Both the position numbers and the translations under genes were made by a program. Positions 55,285-64,000 of a stretch of DNA of 64,000 nucleotides are shown piece after piece. The notes beneath the pieces are model-generated. The model ran no database searches, had not been told where the DNA came from, and saw nothing but the letters and a program-made list of their open reading frames with translations. The stretch lies in assembly GCA_965240325.2 (NCBI GenBank), contig OZ251227.1:3162001-3226000 (forward strand), given 5' to 3'. Source of the stretch: Rebecca billardiae RCC1528 (Eukaryota; Protista; Haptophyta). Position 1 is the stretch's first letter. Every line of letters starts with the position of its first letter.

Positions 55285-56016
55285 ATGCTGTACGAGGACT
55301 TCCGGGGCGAGCTGGAGCTCGACCATCTGATCGGCGCTGACGATGTCGACGACAACGTGCGCCTCCGAGGCGCGCCGCTCGGCCCTGACGGCACGCCGCT
55401 CCCGCTGCCCAAGAATTGGCGGCGGAGTGTGTGCCGGCATTGGCTCCGCGGCCTGTGCAAGAAGGGCGACGAGTGCGAGTACCTGCACATCTACGACCCG
55501 TCGCGCATGCCCGTCTGCCACTTCTACGCCACGCACGGCGAGTGCAACGACAAGGACTGCATCTTTGCGCACAGGCAGACGGAGAGCGGCGCCGAATCGT
55601 GCCCGCACTACGCGCGCGGCTTCTGCCGCCACGGCACCAGCTGCCGGCAGAAGCACGTGTTCCGCGAGCCGTGCCCGCTGTACCTGCAGGGCTTCTGCCC
55701 GGACGGGCCCGAGTGCCCGTACGGCCACCCCAAGTTCGAGCTGCCCGAGTTCAACGACGAGCACGGCGCGCGCGGCCCCCCGCCCCCGCCGGAGACGGTG
55801 CGGCGCACGCGCCCGCGCGCGCCGCACGCACGCGCCGCGCCGCGACATCACCCTGCCCCGCCGCTGGCGCCCTCCGCGCCCGCGCTCGCGCCGCAGATCC
55901 CCGGCCGATCGCTTGACCACGTGACGTGCTACCGCTGCTGGCGCCGAGGGCACTACGCGACCTCGTGCACGAGCCGGCGCATCCCGCAGCCGCCGCCGGC
56001 GCTGCTCGGCAGATGA
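55285..56016 (+). CDS. CPSF4: CPSF30/YTH1 (cleavage and polyadenylation specificity factor 4); intron 55798-55896
   Basis: VCRHWLRGLCKKGDECEYLH.YD.SRMP.C, CPHYARGFCRHG and CPLYLQGFCPDGPEC.YGHPKFELP, followed by the CCHC knuckle CYRC...GHYA..C. Confidence 0.92.
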   Translation: MLYEDFRGELELDHLIGADDVDDNVRLRGAPLGPDGTPLPLPKNWRRSVCRHWLRGLCKKGDECEYLHIYDPSRMPVCHFYATHGECNDKDCIFAHRQTESGAESCPHYARGFCRHGTSCRQKHVFREPCPLYLQGFCPDGPECPYGHPKFELPEFNDEHGARGPPPPPETVRRTRPRAPHARAAPRHHPAPPLAPSAPALAPQIPGRSLDHVTCYRCWRRGHYATSCTSRRIPQPPPALLGR

Positions 56017-56082
56017 CATCATGCGCAGCTCTTCATCTTGATTCTCATCATCGCGCCATCATCATTGCATGCGTTGCCAGTG

Positions 56083-56292
56083 ATACATACATACATACAT
56101 ACATACATACATACATACATACATACATACATACTGATACATACATACTGATACATACATACATATATACATACCGATACATATATATACTATGATGCCG
56201 CTCGGCGCTCCCGGATCGGCAATGATCTACCCGTTCAGACCCTGACGATGATCTGTATATATATATATTATCAATATATATATATATATATG
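56083..56292. repeat. (TACA)n and (TA)n microsatellites
   Basis: Direct inspection. Confidence 0.9.
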
Positions 56293-56300
56293 TATTCTCA

Positions 56301-57991
56301 GACAGGTTGCACAGGAAACTGTCCTTGGTGTTACATTTCTCAGAGACGGCGCCTCTGAAGGATGGCGCCCGCCCACTCGCCGCTCGTGGGTGGCGCGCGC
56401 CTCGCGTGTCGATGCAGCCCCGCATGATGACTAGCTGAATGCGCGTGTCGTCAGGACTTGTCCGCGTGCGCTACATCCCTTGAGCTAGCACAGCCGGGAC
56501 ACCCTCGCCGTCGGCAGTGACTGTCATCATCCCAGCACACGTCGCGTGATGAGACGGCAAAGCCACAGCAGCATCACCCTCTCGACCAGGATCATCAGGC
56601 AGCTGGAGACAGTCCTCCCTTCGACGCGTCTCGGAGCGAGCGCACACGCCCGGCTCTATCTGCTTCACACCGCCCGCGCCATCCGCCTCGAGCCCGCCAA
56701 CGCCCGTCACCACGCGCAGTATGGCAAACCGTCATGATCGGACCGAGCTCGTCGACGAGTGCAGCCTTCGCCAGCAGTGCCGCGCGCGAGCATTCGAGTT
56801 CGACAGTAAGTCGTCAGCGACTTGTGGGCCGGCGGGGAGATCCACGCGTGGCATGATAGCATGTAGGTCGTCAGCTCCTGCTCCGTGTACGCACGCGCTC
56901 TGCATCTGAACACTCGATAGAAGCTTTCGATGATCACCATCGAGCTGTCTACGTGAGCCTGTGCGACCGTCTGCGCAACACCTCGCGCCTCACCCTTGGT
57001 GCTGCGCTCACGCGAGACAAAGAAGGCTATGTAGGGCTCACTGACCATTCGTACAGTAAGAGCGTCCTTGCCGCAGCGAGTGACAGCTTCCTTCGCCCGC
57101 TCCTTAGCACTCGCCCTGCTGTTCTTGGGCGTGAGTGAGGCGTGGTGCCTCGTCAGCCTGCCGAGCAGTTCTTGTCGATGCGTGTCACAGCGCGGAAGCA
57201 CGTGTGCGTTCGAGAGGCGTCGTGCGTGGATGCCGTTCTTCATGCTGACGACATAGACGGACTGCGTAGCGGCCATCTCCTCATCCAAGAGCCTCGAGCA
57301 TGCCACGACTCTGACACTTCAGCGCTCCGGCCGGCGCGCATGCACCATCAAGTGCAACCGAGCGATTGAGAGGTAGCCGCCGCCAGCTTTTCGACCCTCA
57401 CCAACACGCGCTGGATGAACATTGCAAGGTTGTCGCATTCTATGAGTGTCGCGTGTCTCCCCCCGCGACTGTTGCTGCGCAACGTGATGTGCAAGACCAG
57501 TCGCGCGCGCGCTCCATCCAATGCATGCACAGCTGATGCATGGACGTGGCCGAGCGCAAGCACGCACGCGCGAGTCGTAGGCTGCGAACGTCGTGTGCGG
57601 CCAGACTGCGATGTGCATGGCACGTATCCACCTTGCATTGCTACCTCTCTTCACACCGGGCCTGGAACTCTTCCAGGCTGAGACGGCCTGCTCTGCTGCC
57701 CTCTGCGACTCAGATGCCACGTGAACGTGCCGCGCGGCTGCGCGATGTCGCGATTGGAGCTCAAGGGTGGTTGACTTTCGGTACATGCTACTCAAGCAGG
57801 AAGAGGCCGATCGAGGCGCGGAGTGGCGCGCTGCACCCGCAACAGCGGGCATCGTGCAGCGCGCGAGAGCGCGCGCCGCTTCCGAGCGCACGGCGACGGC
57901 GCCATGTACCGAAAGACGGGTGGACAGGTCGCGTCCACTGGGAATGTAACATCTGTCAGTCGCGGGCGGTCATTTTTCCGTGCAACCTGTC
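56301..57991. mobile_element. Non-autonomous TIR DNA transposon, copy B (1691 bp)
   Basis: TIRs GACAGGTTGCAC / GTGCAACCTGTC. 4-bp TSD CTCA at 56297-56300 and 57992-57995. Terminal regions are shared with copy A. Confidence 0.85.
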
Positions 57992-58047
57992 CTCATCACG
58001 ATGATGATCCGAGTCGTCAAGCACGCGCGCGCGCACCGCCTTCGCGG

Positions 58048-58670
58048 TCACGCAGCTACCGCAGGAGTGCGCGCAGTCGGGCACCCGTATCGCCCTCCGG
58101 CGCCGCCCAGCGCCCTGTCAGCGCAGCCGCCAGCGGCAGACTCAGAGGTTGGTGGTGCTCTGACGGCATCACCAACAACGGGCAACATATTCGGGGAAAA
58201 AATCCCCACCCGAAATTCCTGCGCCCAGTGGACACGCGACGGCGTCGAGACGACGCTGGAGAGCTGTGACCAGCTGCGGCAGCTGCGATGATCGCGGCCG
58301 CCGCGGTGCCACGCAACGTCCGGAGCAGTGGCTGTGCTGCTGGCGCGCTTCCGCTGTCGCTTGGCGGCGCTCATCACATGGTTGGGGCTCTTCAACTTGA
58401 TGCAGCCCTCGCTTGTGCCCACAACTCCGAAGTCGCTTCATGCCGGCCAGCTTGTGCGCCGAGCACCGGCTGGCGCGCGCGTCGCCCGGTATGCCGAATG
58501 AAGGCACCATGGTGCAGCCCGTGTGATCGCACTTGCGGTGCTGCAGGTCGACCATGCCGGCCAGCTTGTGCGCAGCGCACCGGCTGGCGCGCGCGTCACC
58601 CGGCAGGCCGAATGAAGGCACCATGGTGCAGCCCGTGTGATCGCACTTGCGGTGGCTGCAGGTCGACCAT
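58048..58670 (-). pseudogene. EsV-1-7 repeat gene copy 1 (2 repeats, two frameshifts)
   Basis: KCDHTGCTMVPSFG..RC..HKLAGM x2. There is a +1 base near 58655 and a second shift near 58398 relative to copies 2 and 3. Confidence 0.7.
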
Positions 58671-59527
58671 GCCGGCCAGCTTGGCTGGGAAGGCGACCAC
58701 GGCCCTGGCCACGCCCGCCCACGCGCGCGCCTCGAGATGAGCAGCACCAAGTTGGCGCAACGCGGCCGAGGCTCACTCATCGCGAGGTCGCCGCTCGCCA
58801 GTGGCACTCGCCCGCCCCGGCCGCCGTCGGCCGTGCACGGCTGCGGGGCCGCTCGCGCCGTGCGCTCCTGCGGCCGTCGGGTCGGGCTGCGGAGGCGGCG
58901 CGGGGCTTCAGCCGTGGCAGAGCCGCCCAGCGCCCCTCGCTGCGCCGCGCGCCTTCCTCGTCCTCGCCTCCTCCGCTCCTTGAAGCAGCACGCACATGCG
59001 CGGCGCCGCCACAAATGACAAAAGTAGCCCAGGCGCTCGCGCGTGCAAGCGCGCGCGCAGCGCGCGACGGGCTCGACTCGGGGCTCGAGGCGCTGCGGGG
59101 GCACGCAGCACCATCGCATGCGTGCGCACGGACCCTCACCCTCGGCAAGGGACCCACCTCCCTTGGAGGCCGAGCCTCCGCCGCGCTGCGCATTGGCTGT
59201 TGGACTCATCATGAGTGTTGCGCGGATCGGCCTGCCGTGCCGGACCCTCACCCTGGACACCGCCTTGAGTTGAGCAGTACAGTCGTAGAGGCTACCTGAA
59301 CCTCGACAGTCGTCGATATCGCCGCGTCGCTCCGGCAGCTCGCCGTGAAGTCCTCCGGCATCTAAGAGACTCGGCAGTAGACGAGGCCTTATTAGTTGCC
59401 TTACGGCGCCCGCTTCGCGCCTTCGCCTTCGGCCGTCATAACGCCCGTCACGGACGACAGCTTGTAAGTGTAACACGGGACTCCAGAGTTCTGACCTGAC
59501 GACGACGCACGGCTGTGATGCTGCTGC

Positions 59528-60469
59528 TCAGGCCCGGCTCCCCCAAGTCGCACGCCTGGCCATCACCACGGGTCGTACACACGACGGCGTCGATACGACG
59601 CTGGCTGTGACCAGCTGCGGCAGCTGCGATGATCGCGGCCGCCGCGGTGCCACAACGTCCGGAGCAGTGGCTGTGCTGCTGGCGCGCTTCCGCTGTCGCT
59701 TGGCGGCGCTCGTCACTTCGTTGGGGCTCTTCATGTCTTGCTGCAGCGCGCGTTTGTGCCGACCTGAACTCCGAAGGCTCTTCATGCCGGCCAGCTTGTG
59801 CGCAGCGCACCGGCTCGCGCGCGCGTCACCCGGCATGCCAAATGAAGGCTCCTTGGTGCAGCCCGTGTGATCGCACTTGGGGTGCTTCACGTCGACCATG
59901 CCGGCCAGCTTGTGCGTAGCGCACCGGCTGGCACGCGCGTCGCCCGGCATGCCGAAGTGAGGCTGCGTGGTGCAGCCCGTGTGATCGCACTTGGGGTTCT
60001 TCAGGTCGACCATGCCAGCCAGCTTGTGCGCAGCGCACCGGCTGGCGCGCGCGTCGCCCGGCATGCCGAATGAAGGCTCCTTGGTGCAGCCCGTGTGATC
60101 GCACTTGCGGCTCTTCCGGGCGACCATGCCGGCCAGCTTGTGCGCAGCGCACCGGCTGGCGCGCGCGTCGCCCGGTATGCCGTAGGAAGGCCGCGTGGTG
60201 CAGCCCGTGTGATCGCACTTGGGGCTCTTCAGGTCGACCATGCCGGCCAGCTTGTGCGCAGCGCACCGGCTGGCACGCGCGTCGCCCGGCATGCCGTAGG
60301 AAGGCTGCGTGGTGCAGCCCGTGTGATCGCACTTGCGGCTCTTCACGTCGACCATGCCGGCCAGCTTGTGCGCAGCGCACCGGCTCGCGCGCGCGTCGCC
60401 CGGTATGCCGAAGTGAGGCCGCGTGGTGCAGCCCGTGTGATCGCACTTGCGGCTCTTCAGGCCGACCAT
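59528..60469 (-). CDS. EsV-1-7 cysteine-rich repeat protein copy 2 (6 x 38 aa, NLS-like tail)
   Basis: 114-bp units encode C-x4-C-x16-C-x2-H (KCDHTGCT..P..G.PGDARASRCAAHKLAGMV), followed by AAKRQRKR. Confidence 0.8.
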   Translation of the reverse strand: MVGLKSRKCDHTGCTTRPHFGIPGDARASRCAAHKLAGMVDVKSRKCDHTGCTTQPSYGMPGDARASRCAAHKLAGMVDLKSPKCDHTGCTTRPSYGIPGDARASRCAAHKLAGMVARKSRKCDHTGCTKEPSFGMPGDARASRCAAHKLAGMVDLKNPKCDHTGCTTQPHFGMPGDARASRCATHKLAGMVDVKHPKCDHTGCTKEPSFGMPGDARASRCAAHKLAGMKSLRSSGRHKRALQQDMKSPNEVTSAAKRQRKRASSTATAPDVVAPRRPRSSQLPQLVTASVVSTPSCVRPVVMARRATWGSRA

Positions 60470-60828
60470 GCCGGCCAGCTTGGCTGGGAAGGCGACCACG
60501 ACCCTGGCCGCGCCCGCCGTCGCGCGCGCCTCGAGTTGACGGAGCACCCACGCCGACGCCTTTCAGACTCGAACGTCACTTCCCTGTACTGTGGCGGTGT
60601 CTTTGTGCAGTGTTGGATGGCGTCATCACGCCATACCAAGCGTGCACGTTAAAACATAGTAAACTGTAGTTTACTAAGGGCACGTTAAAACATGGCCAGC
60701 ACCGTGTCCGTGTCCGTAAAGGTCCTTCGGTGAGAGACTCATAGGGAAGTTGACAGCCCTACCTGACCGGGTTAACGGTGCCGGGTGCCCTTGCCGTCCT
60801 GACGACGACGCAGCTGTGATGCTGCTGC

Positions 60829-61653
60829 TCAGGCCCGGCTCCCCCCGGTCACACGCCTGGCCATCACCACGGGTCGTACACACGACGGCGTCGAGACGAC
60901 GCTGGCTGTGACCAGCTGCGGCAGCTGCGATGATCGCGGCCGCCGCGGTGCCACAACGTCCGGAGCAGTGGCTGTGCTGCTGGCGCGCTTCCGCTGTCGC
61001 TTGGCGGCGCTCATCACTTGGTTGGGGCTCTTCATGTCTTGCTGCAGCCCGCGTTTGTGCGCACCACTCCGAAGGCTCTTCATGCCGGCCAGCTTGTGCA
61101 CCGAGCAACGGCTTGCGCGCGCGTCGCCCGCCATGCCGAACGAAGGCCACTTGGTGCAGCCCGTGTGATCGCACTTGGGGTGCTTCAGGTCGACCATGCC
61201 AGCCAGCTTGTGCGCAGCGCACCGGCTGGCGCACGCGTCGCCCGGCATGCCGAATGAAGGCCACTTGGTGCAGCCCGTGTGATCGCACTTGGGGCTCTTC
61301 AGGTCGACCATGCCGACCAGCTTGTGCGCAGCGCACCGGCTGGCGCGCGCGTCGCCCGGCATGCCGTAGGAAGGCCGCGTGGTGCAGCCCGTGTGATCGC
61401 ACTTGGGGCTCTTCAGGTCGACCATGCCGACCAGCTTGTGCGCAGCGCACCGGCTGGCACGCGCGTCGCCCGGCATGCCGTAGGAAGGCTGCGTGGTGCA
61501 GCCCGTGTGATCGCACTTGCGGCTCTTCACGTCGACCATGCCGGCCAGCTTGTGCGCAGCGCACCGGCTCGCGCGCGCGTCGCCCGGTATGCCGAAGTGA
61601 GGCCGCGTGGTGCAGCCCGTGTGATCGCACTTGCGGCTCTTCAGGCCGACCAT
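60829..61653 (-). CDS. EsV-1-7 cysteine-rich repeat protein copy 3 (5 x 38 aa, NLS-like tail)
   Basis: Same unit and flanks as copy 2. The duplicated blocks are ~59495-60589 and ~60798-61773. Confidence 0.8.
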   Translation of the reverse strand: MVGLKSRKCDHTGCTTRPHFGIPGDARASRCAAHKLAGMVDVKSRKCDHTGCTTQPSYGMPGDARASRCAAHKLVGMVDLKSPKCDHTGCTTRPSYGMPGDARASRCAAHKLVGMVDLKSPKCDHTGCTKWPSFGMPGDACASRCAAHKLAGMVDLKHPKCDHTGCTKWPSFGMAGDARASRCSVHKLAGMKSLRSGAHKRGLQQDMKSPNQVMSAAKRQRKRASSTATAPDVVAPRRPRSSQLPQLVTASVVSTPSCVRPVVMARRVTGGSRA

Positions 61654-61967
61654 GCCGGCCAGCTTGGCTGGGAAGGCGACCACGACCCTGGCCGCGCCCG
61701 CCGTCGCGCGCGCCTCGAGTTGACGGAGCACCCACGCCGACGCCTTTCAGACTCGAACGTCACTTCCCTGTACAGTTTACTATGATTTAACGTGCACACT
61801 TGGTTTAAGGCGTGATTTTAACGCCATCCAACACTGCACAAAGACACCGCCACAAAACAGACCGGCGCAGGCAGGTGAGTGGTACTGTCGCCTGCCTGAG
61901 CTGTGTGCGTCTCTTATTCTTAGTAAACTGTGGCTAGGCTGTCCGACTCTACACTGCTGTGTAGAGG

Positions 61968-63930
61968 CTGCCGAAAGTCTGCTCTAGCGGGACCCCCGCG
62001 CACTGGGGTCGTTCCGGGCGCGAGCTCGGCGGGGACGTGGCGAGCGGGTCGGCGCGCGCCGTGGGCTGGGTGTGCGATTTTACCAACGTATCGGTCGACC
62101 TGACCCTCCCCGTCGCGCCGCTCTTGCCCTCGTGGCCTCTCTTCCCCCCAACACGGGTGCGCGCAGCCGCTTGAACAGCCTGGCTGCAGGTCGTTCACAG
62201 ACGGCAGGCCGCGTGCAACCTGCGCGGGTGAAGAGGGGTGGCTTGTTGCGTGGTTACGCGGCTGACGCCCGTGTGTGGCCTTGCGAGCCTTTGTGTGCGA
62301 GGTTACTTGCCCACATCTGCTCTCGCGTGTCATGCGCGCGTGCAACGAACACTATGCCGTATGCGACCCGCCTTGCAGCAGCCGAGGCCACTGCCACTGG
62401 CTTTCCACGTCGCGCGCGAGATCGTCGACATTCTGACGGGCTCGCATCCATGCGAGTGCAAGTGCGCGCGCTGCGTTACGTTCCTCCCGTCCACTGGAGG
62501 TGTGCACTGTGAAGCGGAGTCCAGCAGCCAAAACGACATGGGCATCTGACTCGTCATTCGTGTCAACCTGTGACGACGGGCATCGCGCCAGGCTGAGAGG
62601 CCAGTGCCCAGGATAGCTCGGGTGATGGGGCACCGCACGTCTGATCATCGGATGGCAGATGAAGTCAGCAACGTACTAGATCAAGCGTCGGCTTGTCCAC
62701 GTCGCCGGCGCGGTGTGCGCACTCTCCTGCTGCCGCTGCTGCACTACAGCGCTACTGTACTCTGACAATTCTAGGATTTAAAGACACATCAGGTATGAGG
62801 ACGCCGCAGCTCTCCTGATTCGTCTGTCGAAGTACTGATTGGAGGCGGAGGATGTGAGCGCGTTAGCCGCGGATGAGGGAGTCGTCGCCGATGCTGATCA
62901 CTGAGATGCCGCGCGCTGTGACTTGCAGTCGTCGGTCGTCACGCCGTTGCCGCCGTCGGACGGTCGGTCCCGGCTGACGAGTGACGGTCCGAGTTGATGC
63001 AGTAAGCTAGTGAGAGTAGTCTGCGTGGATGCTCACGCCAGCCGCCGGTGCGGTCGGGGATGGCGCTCACCCTAGCCGTGTGGGAGGTAGTCGGCCTGGC
63101 CGGCGGGCGGGGTTGCTCAATATTCGTTTCTTTTAATATTTTATTCATCGCCGTGGATTTAATTTTAAACCCGGCCACGCTAACGACATGACCTTGTGGC
63201 GCGTTGCGTCGGAGAACGGGACGGCAGCCTGCCCGCTCGGAGCGTGCTTGTACGCCACAAGCATGCGGGCGACGATGCTTGATGATTCCCACTCTCGCAC
63301 CGGAGCTGTGAGTCTGTGTAACACAGTGACGCGGGAGCCGAGGGTGACTCGACGGGCAACTTCAGGAATGCACCTGCCAGAAGCACTGCCTTCAATATCA
63401 AGCACGCAGATGGCAAAGACGAAGGCCACAAGCATGCGACAGAACATGTCAACGATATGGCGTCACCGTCTTAGTGCCTGCAGTGGCCCCACGCTGGCCC
63501 AGCTGGCAGCAGGTGGACAAGCGCAAGCGCAGCGGAGATCCGATGGTGTACGTTACACGCGCGCATGACACGCGAGAGCGGATGTGGGCAAGTAATCTCG
63601 CACACAAAGGCTCGCAAGGCCACATATGAGCGTCAGCCACGCAACCACGCAACAAGCCACCCCTCTTCACCCGCGCAGGTTGCACGCGGCCCGCCGTCTG
63701 TGAACGACCTGCAGCCAGGCTGTTCAAGCGGCTGCGCGCACCCGTGTTGGGGGGAAGAGAGGCCACGAGGGCAAGAGCGGCGCGACGGGGAGGGTCAGGT
63801 CGACCGATACGTTGGTAAAATCGAGCACCCAGCCCGCGGCGCGCACCGACCCGCTCGCCACGTCCCCGCCGAGCTCGCGCCCAGTGCAGCCCCAGTGCGC
63901 GGGGGTCCCGCTAGAGCAGACTTTCGGCAG
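61968..63930. mobile_element. Long-TIR/foldback element (arms ~61968-62352 and ~63546-63930)
   Basis: Arms of about 385 bp are reverse complements (CTGCCGAAAGTCTGCTCTAGCGGGACC... / ...GGTCCCGCTAGAGCAGACTTTCGGCAG) around a ~1.2-kb spacer. No TSD or transposase seen. Confidence 0.7.
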
Positions 63931-64000
63931 GCCCCCCGTAGCCAGCGGCGGAGGGGGGCCGGACAGGCTATCCCCTTACCGCAGGTTGCTTCTATACGAA

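Noticed and set aside
56707-57891. Transposase ORFs inside the 1.69-kb TIR elements
   Set aside because: There are no DDE or DNA-binding motifs, and the ORFs are not conserved between copies A and B.
58780-59476. Real N-terminal domain of the 435-aa ORF fused to EsV-1-7 copy 1
   Set aside because: It is joined to the repeats only through the frameshift near 58655, and no domain is recognisable.
59780-61660. CRISPR array (regularly spaced repeats)
   Set aside because: The units are contiguous 114-bp in-frame coding repeats without unique spacers. There are no cas genes and the context is eukaryotic.
1-64000. tRNA/rRNA genes
   Set aside because: No cloverleaf or rRNA-conserved sequence was recognised by eye. 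tRNAscan-SE or Infernal would be needed to exclude them.

Overview
This window is eukaryotic, not prokaryotic. Genes are very GC-rich and compact, with short GC-rich spliceosomal introns (GT-AG and one GC-AG). This fits a high-GC microalga such as a haptophyte (inference). About 19 protein-coding loci are supported, many arranged head-to-head. They include a GdmH-type guanidine hydrolase with a divergent SLC25 carrier, a TKL (pseudo)kinase, ankyrin-MYND, OTU, IQ/ARM-like, RING-TRAF-MYND, a JmjC+PhyH double dioxygenase with a divergent GT25, an MFS transporter, Ran, a giant Sfi1-like protein, a DEAD-box helicase, an inactive OMA1-like protein, a sulfotransferase-like protein, a DUSP12-like protein and CPSF30. 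A tandem cluster of EsV-1-7-repeat genes lies near the right end. Mobile DNA includes a hAT MITE with an 8-bp TSD, two ~1.69-kb TIR elements with 4-bp TSDs, and two long inverted repeats. The top candidates for new biology are four. (1) A putative mitochondrial guanidine-assimilation pair, GdmH plus carrier, sharing a hairpin-containing bidirectional promoter. (2) A tandem array of EsV-1-7 zinc-repeat genes with variable repeat number, TALE-like variable residues, an NLS and an ~80-bp upstream segment present in opposite orientations. (3) A fascin beta-trefoil/ISG12-motif fusion. (4) A double 2OG-dioxygenase paired with a GT25. All family assignments come from motif recognition by eye; no searches were run.
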